Positions 46,894-57,150 of a stretch of 64,000 nt of DNA are shown here, piece after piece; the first letter of the stretch is position 1, and each line of letters starts with the position of its first letter. The stretch is from a virus. The stretch is taken from positions 96,001 through 160,000 of IMG/VR virus record IMGVR_UViG_3300043446_003158, one strand, 5' to 3'. The notes beneath the pieces were generated by a model. That model was not told the origin of the DNA. It worked only from the letters and a program-made list of their open reading frames with translations, and did not search any database. The translations under genes were made by a program, and so were the position numbers.

Positions 46894-47739
46894 TTATCCG
46901 ATCATATCTAACGGTGGAAGTTCATACTCTAAACTCATCCTTTGTTTAATATCTTCAAGTTCTCTTTCCGCATCCTCATATATTTCTCTACCATTTAATT
47001 CTATTCCACCAGGAAGTTTTACACCTCTAAATTTAATTAAATTTTGTCCCCACTGTCTTTTAATTAAAGCGGTTAAATATTTTTTAAGAAAACTATCATT
47101 ATATACTTTAGTAAAATCATTCGGGTCTAATATTCTATAACAATCTATAACAAGAAAATCCCCCACATTATTTCCTTCCCAACTAAAATCTAAATATAAT
47201 CTATTTTGTCTTTTATTAAATCTAACTTGCTTATCCGTTGTAAGTAAAAAATCAATATCTTCCAAATAAGATTTTACCATCGCATATTGAAGAAGTTGTA
47301 TTGAATTAAAATAATATAAGTCGTTTAAAAACAATTGATATTTAATACTAAACATGCCAGAAGATATTGTACTGGCATTGAATTTAAATATTTTTTCAAC
47401 ACCAATTACCGAATCTGGAATTTGTATGTAATTTGAAGATTCGTAAAAATTAAATGTTTTAGAAACTCCATTAATATTTGAAGATGCTGTTGTCGTAACT
47501 ATTCCAGATCCAACTGGAGATTTTGCATTTGCAGATCCTCTATCAATATCTTCCTGTGTTAGTTGATATTTTAGATACATTCTTTCGACACCATCAAAGT
47601 GCCTTTCATGAAAATATTGAAGTGCATCATCCACTGCATCGTCTATTTGGTCATCATCTACATTTATTTCTAAAATCGGTGCGCCAAGTTTTCTTAAACA
47701 ATAATCTATTAATTGTTGTCTAGATGCTGGTTTAGCCAT
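46894..47739 (-). CDS. gp13: Neck protein
   Basis: YCLRKLGAPILEINV, WGQNLIKFRGVKLPGG. Confidence 0.95.
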   Translation of the reverse strand: MAKPASRQQLIDYCLRKLGAPILEINVDDDQIDDAVDDALQYFHERHFDGVERMYLKYQLTQEDIDRGSANAKSPVGSGIVTTTASSNINGVSKTFNFYESSNYIQIPDSVIGVEKIFKFNASTISSGMFSIKYQLFLNDLYYFNSIQLLQYAMVKSYLEDIDFLLTTDKQVRFNKRQNRLYLDFSWEGNNVGDFLVIDCYRILDPNDFTKVYNDSFLKKYLTALIKRQWGQNLIKFRGVKLPGGIELNGREIYEDAERELEDIKQRMSLEYELPPLDMIG

Positions 47740-47745
47740 ATTAAT

Positions 47746-48084
47746 TTACCTAGTAACTCCTTCTCTAACTAAAGCCATACCTTCAACAACTCTTGAAGTT
47801 GAACTATTGTTTGTTAATAAAACATCATAGACATATCTTCCAGGTTTTAATGTAGAAGTTATGCTAGATCCTAAACTAATTCTAATTTGTCCAGATTGGG
47901 CATTAACAATAGATGTTGTAAAAGTAGTTACACCAGTACTTCCTGCCCATTTTCTCATTTGGGATGCAACACTTGCAGAATTTAAATTCATTGCAGAATT
48001 AGTTGCACTATCTTCTAGAAAAAAATCTTGAGAAAAGGATGTTCCAGAATTAATAATAAGATTACTTACATATATTGATGCCAT
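47746..48084 (-). CDS. Small virion structural protein
   Basis: G.IRISL..T..LKPGRYVYDV..RVVEG pattern; CATAAATA at 48112-48119. Confidence 0.7.
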   Translation of the reverse strand: MASIYVSNLIINSGTSFSQDFFLEDSATNSAMNLNSASVASQMRKWAGSTGVTTFTTSIVNAQSGQIRISLGSSITSTLKPGRYVYDVLLTNNSSTSRVVEGMALVREGVTR

Positions 48085-48114
48085 TATTGTAATGCCAAGT
48101 AATATATTAAGTAT

Positions 48115-48303
48115 TTATGTTTCATTACCATGTATAAAAGACAAAGAAGATAAAACTTCTTGCTGTTTTAGATAAAGTTTATAGTAAGATTTTGCTATAT
48201 TTTTTAATTGTTCAATATCATCTATACTATCAATTTCAGAAGCATATTTGAAGTATTCAAAACTTTTACTTAAATTTTCAAGTTGAATTTTATCAGGATC
48301 CAT
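48115..48303 (-). CDS. NblA-like small helical protein
   Basis: MDPDKIQLENLSKSFEY..IDSIDDIEQLKNIAKSYYKLYLKQQEVL fits the NblA helix-loop-helix pattern. Confidence 0.55.
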   Translation of the reverse strand: MDPDKIQLENLSKSFEYFKYASEIDSIDDIEQLKNIAKSYYKLYLKQQEVLSSLSFIHGNET

Positions 48304-48493
48304 TAAGCAACTCCTTTAATAAAGATTTAATTTCATATAACTCTTTTTTCATTTCATCTAATTCATTTTTTTGTTTAATTTTTTCATTTCTCATTCTAAT
48401 ATAATTGTTATATTCTATTGTGTCTGTATTCAATATTGCTCCAGTTTCTTCATCTCTATATAAATTTTTATGTCCTTCTATTGGTATCATCAT
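48293..48493 (-). CDS. Conserved hypothetical protein
   Basis: IPIEGHKNLYRDEETGAILN followed by coiled coil. Confidence 0.75.
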   Translation of the reverse strand: MMIPIEGHKNLYRDEETGAILNTDTIEYNNYIRMRNEKIKQKNELDEMKKELYEIKSLLKELLNGS

Positions 48494-51400
48494 GCTAATG
48501 CAATTGCTCTAATATCTTTAAATTTTAATGGTTTTGCTTCGTTTGAACCACTCATAACTATTTTAATAACAAATCCCACAAATTGACCCAAATTATCTGC
48601 AGTAAATTCATATTCTGAATATTCGCCTTCGGCAGATGATCCGACAAAAAAGTCTGGTGTACCATCATTTAAAGATTCATTGATAATAGTGTCACCAATA
48701 CCATCTCCATTTATGTCCTTCAAATTACTATATCCTGGGAAAAATTCATACGATTGTTTAACTCCACTAGAATCTGGTCTTATTAATTTATACAACACTC
48801 TAAAATCACTAGAAGATGATTTATAACAATTTGTTATAACTTTAAGAGATGATGCAGGTTTTAATAAATTAATCTGTTTAGAAATGTATATTGAAGAATG
48901 TGGATCATTTAATAAAATATTTGATCTATCATCTGTAACATAATTTGAAATTGGACTATTTAATTTATTTCTAATCAATGCTACAGTAGAACCTTCTACC
49001 AAATCTATCACTGGAGAAACATTTACATCAACTGTTCTTAAAGTTAATGATATTAACATTGATTTTAATCTAGGTGTAGATTGAACATTATTAATTTCAT
49101 TAATTCTGGATGATATTAATCTTGTCGAATCAAAATCATTTTTTGCATTTAATAAAATAGGAGAAAGACCTTGATCTACAAAAGATACTTCTGATCCAGA
49201 TGCGCTAGTTCCCGATATTGTTCTAATAGAACTGTTTATTGAAGTTCCTCCTGGAGTAAGAGTATTGAATTTAGGAATAATTGAATTATATTGGTAATTT
49301 TGTGACGCTTTACAATTAGATCCACCAAAAGTTTTTTCTTCAATAAAACAAGAATTTGGATAATATTCTCTTGGGAATTGTAGATAATAACAATCAGATG
49401 TTTCTAATGATTTTAAGTAAGAAGAATTTGGTTTTGTATGAGTAGTGTTAATTCTTACTAATCCAACATTATTACATTCATATTTGTAAACCATATCACC
49501 AGCACTATGATTCCTAATAGTGCTTCCATTTACACCTCTAGCAGATATTTGTAAATATCCAGTATTTACTGAACTATATGACATAATTTCATTATTAATT
49601 AATACATAACCAGTGTTAAATCCAACAACTGCCGAGTTATCATATGTATAGAAGGATGAAGTGTTTGCTATTGATATTTGATTAGATGCTGATGTAATGT
49701 TAGATATTAATGGTTCAGGAGAAGTATCTGGAAAAACTCCTCCTATTGTTATATAATTATTATTTGCATGATTTCCATGATTATAGTGCTCAACTTTAAA
49801 AGTGTTTCCGCTATATAAATCATTGTAGATTACTGGAGTTCTTATAACAGTTGTTCCTGCCAAAGAAACTGCAATATTATTTTCATAATGAATTAAGTTA
49901 TTACCTAAAGGAACATCACCACCTGGAAGATTTGTTAATAATAAAGTATCAGTTCCATTTATATCAGAAACTGATATAAGTGCTCCAAAACCTTGTGGAT
50001 TATAACCTGTAGATATTCCAAGTAAATCTCCTGGAGAATATCCACTTCCACCTTGAACTATAACTGTATTAGAAAGTTTATTATCAGTAAAAGTTAAATT
50101 TGCAGTAGCATTAAATACATTTGGACCAAATCCAGATATGGTATATAATGGAACATTTAAATAAGTTCCATTTGAATATCCAGCCCCAACATTAGTTGTT
50201 GTTACTCCTGATATTTTTCCACCAGATTTTTCAATAAATCCATAATTTCCACCAGTAAAGTTAATTCTTTTACCAAAATTATAAAAATTATTTAAATATG
50301 AAGTGGTAATACCAATAATAAGTTTTCTAGGAAATCCTGTTATTGGATTATCAACTAAAGTTTCAATATTTTGATCATAAAATTCTTCTACAGAAGTGTT
50401 AGATAAAATTGGATTAGTAAAAAATGCTGTTCCAGAAGAAACAAACTGCGCTTTGTATAATTTAAATTTTAAATCTTGGAGTAAAGATGGAACTGGAGAA
50501 TTTCCATTTTGTGGTTTGTATAAACTTCCGCCTACAAATTGATTTGAATATATGACTTGTTCAGATTGTGGATAATTTTGAGTTGTAACTGTTGGATTAT
50601 TAGATATTGCAGTCCAAACAGAATATGATGAAGAAGATGGAGAATATACTGATAAACAATATTGTTTATTTCTTTCCAAATATAATGGTGAAGATAATTT
50701 AAAATTAGTTGCAACTGAACCATCTGGAGAAATATTAATTTTATTTGGAGGTAACTGAACTCGTGCAAAATCCTGCAATAGTTTATTTGTTGGAGATCCC
50801 CCAAGATCGACCTCCCTAATTTCTACTGTTACTTTTTCAGAAGCATCTTTTTCTTTAAAATACAAATCAATAGAAGTTAAAAATCCTCCAGTATTATCAA
50901 CTTTAAAAGTTTGAGATAAATAACTTCTTGAAGATGCAGAAGAATTTATCAAAACAGGTCTTCTAATAATACTATTGTTAGAAAAATTAGAATTTTCTGA
51001 TAAGTAAAGAACAGATTCGCATGTACTTTTATTTAATTGTGTATATGATGATTCTAATTTAAACGTCTTATCACCTACATTAAAAGTAGAAGATGGTTCT
51101 GGTTGAGAAAATGGATTGCTAACAAAGAAACAACCAATCAAATCTCCAAAATTATCTGTAACTAAAGATTGGGAACTAACAACGCACTGTGCCCCACTTG
51201 TTTTTCCGACTATCAATAATCCACTTCTAACATAACCATAAAATCTTCCATCAGCATTGTCTGATAAAGAATATGTATCTATATTTAAAACTGTTGTTGA
51301 TTGTGAATAATCAGATAAAATTTCTGTTTGTTGATATGGGTTTAAAGTATAAGTTTCTGAAGGACTATTATAAGGACCATACTTATGATTTGGTGAGCAC

Positions 51401-54400
51401 AAACGTGCCGAAAAAACTTTTACATTGCCTTCATATCCTTCTATAGTTTCTCCAATATTAAAAATTCCAGTTGTCATTGATATTTTTAATAATTTTGGGA
51501 TTATGTTAATATAACTAGAACCATCAAAAGATGAAGTATAATTAGTTAATGGAAATAAATTAGATGCTAAAAATTCAACATTTCTAGATCTCATTTTTTT
51601 ACTATATTCACCATTTAAAAATAAATTAGAAAGATAATTATTAGTCCATTCACTTTGAGATCTTATAAATGAACCTTTGTATGGATTTAAAGTTTTAACC
51701 CATAAATCTACAGATGGACGAAGTTTTAAGTATCCATTGTGATTTGATAATCCGTTTGGATTAATATTTTCGGAATTTGTTGCAAAAGGTTGCGATAAAT
51801 CTCCCCACTCAAGTTCGGAATAATTCAATGTAATTAAATCTCCGCTTTTTTTAATGTTAGAATCAACTAAATTTAAATCAGAAGAGTAATCTGCAGTTTC
51901 TAAGTTAATGTTTTGTGCTGGTAGTATTTGAGTTTTTAAAGAATGAATAGAAACATCTGTACTCATTTCACCTAGTTCAGAATTTATAGAAACTTTTGCA
52001 TCTTTATTGTTATAATCTACCATGGTAGAATTCGCAAAACTATCTGCAAAAAACCCGCACTTATATTTGGATAATCCTAATCCTTGAGTATCCGTAATTT
52101 GTAAAGATTTGACATCCAATTCTAATAAACTTAATGAAGCAAAATTTTCTAATTTTTGAATTCTATCTTCTAATCTGGTAATATCTTTCATAGTATATCT
52201 TTTATTTTCAATTAAAGATACTTTAATATCTTCTATTTTATAAACATATGCTGGAATTTCTATTTTAGCAATATCCATAGCATCATCTACCGATGCTGGT
52301 TCTTGTGGATTTAAAGATGCAAAACCAGTTATTAATTGAAAATTTCCATTTTTATTTAAAATAAGTTTATCTATCCTGGGAACATAGTACGAATAGGAAA
52401 CTGTAGTGGATTCATTTGGAGCAACAACTATCTGTGATGATTGATTAGACGAAAAAATTCTACTAGAAAAATCAAATGGTGAAGAAGATAATGATGTAAA
52501 CTTTGATACTCTTGGTCTAAAATCTAAAACATCAGAAGATCTAACAGAATCTTTTAATGAGGAAATATCATTTTTAAAATTATTTGTATTATAACTATTT
52601 GCAGTATATAAATCTCCAGAATCAGATTCAGAAACTTCAAAAGAATTATAAATTATTAGTAATTTTTTTGACGGGGAATTTGTTCCTACATTTCTTATTA
52701 TTTTTGAATAATCATAATATTGATCTTTTTGCCCTTTATCCAAAATAAAATCATTTGTTTTATCTATATACGAACCTTTATAAACATTCAATAAAGAAAC
52801 CGATATTTTAGATTCTTCAAATGAAATAGTATCGTTAGTTTGAAATTTATTAGAATTTAAATATACAAAATTTATTTCTGAACTTTGAATACTAACTATT
52901 TGACCAACAGCATCACTAACAGATCCATATATTTTTTCTCCAATAATTGCATTTGTTACAGATTCTGTTGGAAAAATTAATTTATCTAATACTGGTACGC
53001 CTGAATTTGTGGATTCATAAATACATACAATTTTAGAAACATCTGGAACATTTAAACATATTTCATTATCTTCAACTCTAGTTCCGTAATAATTACTAGT
53101 AGTTAATCCACTAATACCATTAGAAATTTGTAAAGAAGTTTTATCTATTAATAATTGTTGACTTCTTTTATAAATTTTTGACTTGCTTCTAATTAAATTT
53201 TTAGTTATTGTACATACAACAGTTACGTTTGCTGATTGTGATGCTTTTAAACCATAAAAAGTAATATCAGATCCATTGTTTGTAATCTCAACTTTTTCAG
53301 AATTTAATTTTTCTACTGATCCGTCGCTATAAAAAATAGAATACCTACCAGGAGAAAAAGGTTCAAAATATCCGTTAGTTATTGAAAAATCTCCAGAAAC
53401 TCCTAAAGATAATTGTCCTAAAGAAGACGTACTTTTTTGGGACACTTGTTTAACTAACGTTATTTTTGAAGAAGATAAATCAACATTTGATATATTTTTA
53501 TTAGTTAAATTGACGTATAAATTTGATTTTTCTTTATTTTTAATTGTAGATTCGCCCAAAGAAAATGTAGAGGTAACTGAACTTCCTGTCGGCAAAGAAC
53601 CTACACATACATTATTTACAGTTGGAATTGCTTCAACGTGCATTTTTAATCCATCTTCACTAACATACACAACCCTATTATAAGTTTCGGTTGATAAACC
53701 AGAAACTTGATATCTAATAATAGATTCTGTTTTTATACCAACAAAACTAAGTCCAGATGAGGAAGTAACAGTACTAATTCCAGATAAATTTGGATTAATT
53801 GTTATAGTGTCTGATGGATTAAAATTTTGAGAAATAGATTTTTGTAAAAATATGTCGGCAGAAAAATCTGTGCTTAATCCACTTGCAGATAAAATAGATG
53901 AATCTTGATATACTGATTTTATATCTTGGGGTCCATAAACTTTAATATCTGATACAGTTCTAATTAAATCTTTATTTGAATCAATAATTATTTGTTCATT
54001 TTTTATAAAAGAACCAGATGTTTGATAAATGTATAAAATATTACTATTATTTGGAGATTCTGCTACATATCCAGAAGCTCCACTACTTAATCCTCTAACA
54101 TATGAAGATACATTTACTGTATTATTAGTAGATGTATTTAATAATAATTTAGTATACGTTTGTACATCGTATGCATATAAATTCCATCTGGAAGATTCAT
54201 TTTTATATGTATCATCACTCAATGAAAAAGAGTATACTCTTGCTTTCCCTATAGTAGTTCCGGATCCTGCAGTATTGCTTGATTTTCTTTTATTAAAAAA
54301 TGAAACAGTATAAGTATTTCCAACTCCTATTGCAGGACATCCAGATACATTATTTAAAACTATCAAATTTCCCATTTCAAATAAAATGGGAGATTGTGGA

Positions 54401-55548
54401 GAAACATTTAAAGATCTAGTTTTTCTTGAATCTAAAATTGTTGTTGATGATTTTTCTATATCATTTCCATTAACGTATGCTTTACCTGAAGAAATTTTTA
54501 CACAAAATATATCTTCTCTTGGAGTATTATTTTGCTCAGTTTTTTCATTACTAGTAAATAAACCTTTTTGATCTGTTAAATTATTTAAAGAATCTGCAAC
54601 ATCCACAAAAAATGGACTTAATGAAAAATTACCAGATTGTTCATATGTTCTTTTAGAAATATATTCTTTTATTAAAGAATAATCTGTAGAGTCTTTTATT
54701 TTTTTGACTACACCATTAGTAATTCTAAGAATTTCAATAAAATTAGTATCATCATAATCATTTAAAAGTTGTTTTGATAATTTAACTTTTAGTTTAAATC
54801 TGTCTGCTCCAGGAGCTGAGTAATTAGTAAATCCTTTAGCATTATCATATAGTGTATTATCATCATAAGCACTTATAAATTCTTCAGAAATACTTAATCC
54901 AACTCTGTATGAAGGTGTATTTGAATATTGATCTAAAATTATAGTATCTTTATCTACAGTTACAAAAAAATCTCTTATATAATAAATTCCAGGAGATATA
55001 GATACTGCTGATCCTGTAGAAGTTGAATTTGATTCAATTAAAGATGCTATTGTATTTCCAGATGTAATAGTAGTATTTCCGTATTTAATATTATCTAATA
55101 AAGTTAAGGTCTCACCATCAGAGAATCCAGAATTATTAAAAGATGAATCTGATTTTAAATACTTGACATATAAAGTAGTAACATTTTCTATAGAATCATT
55201 CCTAGATAAAACGTTTTGAACTACACAAGTAACTTGAGATACATCTCCCAATAATCTTTTACCTATTAATTCTTTATAATAAAATTCTACATCTAATCCC
55301 AAATGAATAGGGTTTATTTTAACGGCATAATAATTTGAATCATAAGAAACATCTCCAGGAACTACAACAGATCCATCTTTGAATAAGTTTTTTCCTATTG
55401 CAGAAATTTGATCTTGAAGTATAGACTGTAAAGTTGTTAATTCTCTGGCTTGAACTGGATATCCAGGCTTAAATAAAACCTTATAAAAATTTTTTGTTGC
55501 ATCAAAATCATCAAAATATGGTGATAGGTTTAAATTTGTTTTTGCCAT
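48490..55548 (-). CDS. Large baseplate/virion structural protein (DUF4815-like)
   Basis: LNLSPYFDDF..KVLFKPGYPVQARELTTLQSILQ, APGADRFK, C-terminal FVIKIVM..FKDIRAIALA. Confidence 0.85.
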   Translation of the reverse strand: MAKTNLNLSPYFDDFDATKNFYKVLFKPGYPVQARELTTLQSILQDQISAIGKNLFKDGSVVVPGDVSYDSNYYAVKINPIHLGLDVEFYYKELIGKRLLGDVSQVTCVVQNVLSRNDSIENVTTLYVKYLKSDSSFNNSGFSDGETLTLLDNIKYGNTTITSGNTIASLIESNSTSTGSAVSISPGIYYIRDFFVTVDKDTIILDQYSNTPSYRVGLSISEEFISAYDDNTLYDNAKGFTNYSAPGADRFKLKVKLSKQLLNDYDDTNFIEILRITNGVVKKIKDSTDYSLIKEYISKRTYEQSGNFSLSPFFVDVADSLNNLTDQKGLFTSNEKTEQNNTPREDIFCVKISSGKAYVNGNDIEKSSTTILDSRKTRSLNVSPQSPILFEMGNLIVLNNVSGCPAIGVGNTYTVSFFNKRKSSNTAGSGTTIGKARVYSFSLSDDTYKNESSRWNLYAYDVQTYTKLLLNTSTNNTVNVSSYVRGLSSGASGYVAESPNNSNILYIYQTSGSFIKNEQIIIDSNKDLIRTVSDIKVYGPQDIKSVYQDSSILSASGLSTDFSADIFLQKSISQNFNPSDTITINPNLSGISTVTSSSGLSFVGIKTESIIRYQVSGLSTETYNRVVYVSEDGLKMHVEAIPTVNNVCVGSLPTGSSVTSTFSLGESTIKNKEKSNLYVNLTNKNISNVDLSSSKITLVKQVSQKSTSSLGQLSLGVSGDFSITNGYFEPFSPGRYSIFYSDGSVEKLNSEKVEITNNGSDITFYGLKASQSANVTVVCTITKNLIRSKSKIYKRSQQLLIDKTSLQISNGISGLTTSNYYGTRVEDNEICLNVPDVSKIVCIYESTNSGVPVLDKLIFPTESVTNAIIGEKIYGSVSDAVGQIVSIQSSEINFVYLNSNKFQTNDTISFEESKISVSLLNVYKGSYIDKTNDFILDKGQKDQYYDYSKIIRNVGTNSPSKKLLIIYNSFEVSESDSGDLYTANSYNTNNFKNDISSLKDSVRSSDVLDFRPRVSKFTSLSSSPFDFSSRIFSSNQSSQIVVAPNESTTVSYSYYVPRIDKLILNKNGNFQLITGFASLNPQEPASVDDAMDIAKIEIPAYVYKIEDIKVSLIENKRYTMKDITRLEDRIQKLENFASLSLLELDVKSLQITDTQGLGLSKYKCGFFADSFANSTMVDYNNKDAKVSINSELGEMSTDVSIHSLKTQILPAQNINLETADYSSDLNLVDSNIKKSGDLITLNYSELEWGDLSQPFATNSENINPNGLSNHNGYLKLRPSVDLWVKTLNPYKGSFIRSQSEWTNNYLSNLFLNGEYSKKMRSRNVEFLASNLFPLTNYTSSFDGSSYINIIPKLLKISMTTGIFNIGETIEGYEGNVKVFSARLCSPNHKYGPYNSPSETYTLNPYQQTEILSDYSQSTTVLNIDTYSLSDNADGRFYGYVRSGLLIVGKTSGAQCVVSSQSLVTDNFGDLIGCFFVSNPFSQPEPSSTFNVGDKTFKLESSYTQLNKSTCESVLYLSENSNFSNNSIIRRPVLINSSASSRSYLSQTFKVDNTGGFLTSIDLYFKEKDASEKVTVEIREVDLGGSPTNKLLQDFARVQLPPNKINISPDGSVATNFKLSSPLYLERNKQYCLSVYSPSSSSYSVWTAISNNPTVTTQNYPQSEQVIYSNQFVGGSLYKPQNGNSPVPSLLQDLKFKLYKAQFVSSGTAFFTNPILSNTSVEEFYDQNIETLVDNPITGFPRKLIIGITTSYLNNFYNFGKRINFTGGNYGFIEKSGGKISGVTTTNVGAGYSNGTYLNVPLYTISGFGPNVFNATANLTFTDNKLSNTVIVQGGSGYSPGDLLGISTGYNPQGFGALISVSDINGTDTLLLTNLPGGDVPLGNNLIHYENNIAVSLAGTTVIRTPVIYNDLYSGNTFKVEHYNHGNHANNNYITIGGVFPDTSPEPLISNITSASNQISIANTSSFYTYDNSAVVGFNTGYVLINNEIMSYSSVNTGYLQISARGVNGSTIRNHSAGDMVYKYECNNVGLVRINTTHTKPNSSYLKSLETSDCYYLQFPREYYPNSCFIEEKTFGGSNCKASQNYQYNSIIPKFNTLTPGGTSINSSIRTISGTSASGSEVSFVDQGLSPILLNAKNDFDSTRLISSRINEINNVQSTPRLKSMLISLTLRTVDVNVSPVIDLVEGSTVALIRNKLNSPISNYVTDDRSNILLNDPHSSIYISKQINLLKPASSLKVITNCYKSSSSDFRVLYKLIRPDSSGVKQSYEFFPGYSNLKDINGDGIGDTIINESLNDGTPDFFVGSSAEGEYSEYEFTADNLGQFVGFVIKIVMSGSNEAKPLKFKDIRAIALA

Positions 55549-55554
55549 TTTAAT

Positions 55555-57117
55555 TTAAAATTCCAGTACGATTTTAATGTCTTCTTTTTGTTTTGGATTT
55601 CTATTAACAACAGGTCTGTTGTCAATATAAATTAGTTCTCCAGATCTTCTATTTATTTCTGGTGAAGCAATTCCATTTACAAAATTTGTGTTTAAATCAA
55701 TTGATTTTGAATTTGAGACGAATAAATCACTTTCTTGAAATGATGCATCAATAGCAGCACTAAAACCTTCTTGTGTTGTTATTAATCCCCCAGATGTGGA
55801 AAATCCAATAGCAGAAGATTGTGTAAATACACTCTTAGAATCTTTTTGGTCATAAGATAAATCATTAAAATATAAAGATCTATCTGTAAAATATTTTAAA
55901 ACTTTTGTTTCGGAATCATAAGAAGCAATATAACCAACTGCAGTACCAACTCCAGATATTGATTGAAATATTTTTGCTCCTGGAATTGCTAATTGAGGAG
56001 ATGCTACAGTAGATTCATTTAATTTCAGCGCATATAAATTTGAAAATGTAGTATCATAGTATATTGATGATGCAGATCCAGCTATGGTTGGATTTTTAAG
56101 AATCCCTATTTGTGCAAATTTAATATCAGAAGGAAAATCTTTCGTAGAGTCATCAAATCTTGCATATATTAAAACTCTTTCACATCCTAATTCAGTATAT
56201 ATGTCATGCCCATGCCCTCTTGATGGTGGTATTATTGGTATTAAATGTGCAAATGAAGTAGCACCTTGATTTATTGGAGATAAATCAACTCTACCATAAG
56301 TATAATTTTTTCCACCATTAGAAACTAAAACATTATCTATTTTTCCACCAATAACATCAACAATAACTTTTGCCCCAGTTCCATCACCTATTATGTCTAA
56401 AGATTCTGTTGAAGAATTGTAACCAGTTCCTGGATTTTCTATATAAACTTTTTTTATTTGGTTTTCATTTATTAAAGAATCTCCACTACTTCTAATTGCC
56501 TTAATATCGGCATCGGTTGTGGTGGCCCAATTTTCCGGAACTGGTATATATTCAATAGAATCAAATTTAACTATATCACTAGGAGAAACAGTAAACAAAT
56601 ATTTCCATAAATATCCGTCACCACTTTCTCCTGCTCTAGATGGTTCTAAATCAACAAATAAAGGTTCATCTTGAGAAGGATTTCCTAATCTATTTGTTGA
56701 TTTAGATCCATTATCTACACACAAATAAACTCTATAGTCTTTATTAACTACGTAATAATTTGCATCATATAATCTATATGAACTTGTTTTTGGAGATGGA
56801 TTTTGTACTGAATAGTCATGGCGATACATTTCATAAATTGAATTTTTTGTCCACTGAACTTTTCTTACTAATCTTCTAACATTATCACTTGTTATTCTTT
56901 TTCCAAAAAGAATAGTATCTTTTACATGATTTAAATAATTAAAATTATCAGTTGGTGAAGGAATACTTGAATCCCAATTAGAAGTTCTACCAAAACCTAC
57001 CGAAGATGGATTTGACAAACCTAAAAATACATAGTAAGAATTATTTGGGTCTTGTACAGACTTTACAAAATTTTCAGAATTTAAAACTCTAAATTGATCA
57101 GTAACTATTGCCGACAT
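55555..57117 (-). CDS. gp8: Baseplate wedge subunit
   Basis: MSAIVTDQFRVLNSENF, YRVYLC, DGYLWKYLFT, SGELIYIDNR..QKEDIKIVLEF; TATAAATA at 57141-57148. Confidence 0.93.
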   Translation of the reverse strand: MSAIVTDQFRVLNSENFVKSVQDPNNSYYVFLGLSNPSSVGFGRTSNWDSSIPSPTDNFNYLNHVKDTILFGKRITSDNVRRLVRKVQWTKNSIYEMYRHDYSVQNPSPKTSSYRLYDANYYVVNKDYRVYLCVDNGSKSTNRLGNPSQDEPLFVDLEPSRAGESGDGYLWKYLFTVSPSDIVKFDSIEYIPVPENWATTTDADIKAIRSSGDSLINENQIKKVYIENPGTGYNSSTESLDIIGDGTGAKVIVDVIGGKIDNVLVSNGGKNYTYGRVDLSPINQGATSFAHLIPIIPPSRGHGHDIYTELGCERVLIYARFDDSTKDFPSDIKFAQIGILKNPTIAGSASSIYYDTTFSNLYALKLNESTVASPQLAIPGAKIFQSISGVGTAVGYIASYDSETKVLKYFTDRSLYFNDLSYDQKDSKSVFTQSSAIGFSTSGGLITTQEGFSAAIDASFQESDLFVSNSKSIDLNTNFVNGIASPEINRRSGELIYIDNRPVVNRNPKQKEDIKIVLEF

Positions 57118-57150
57118 TTATAATTCGTTTATGTTATCTTTATTTATAAT

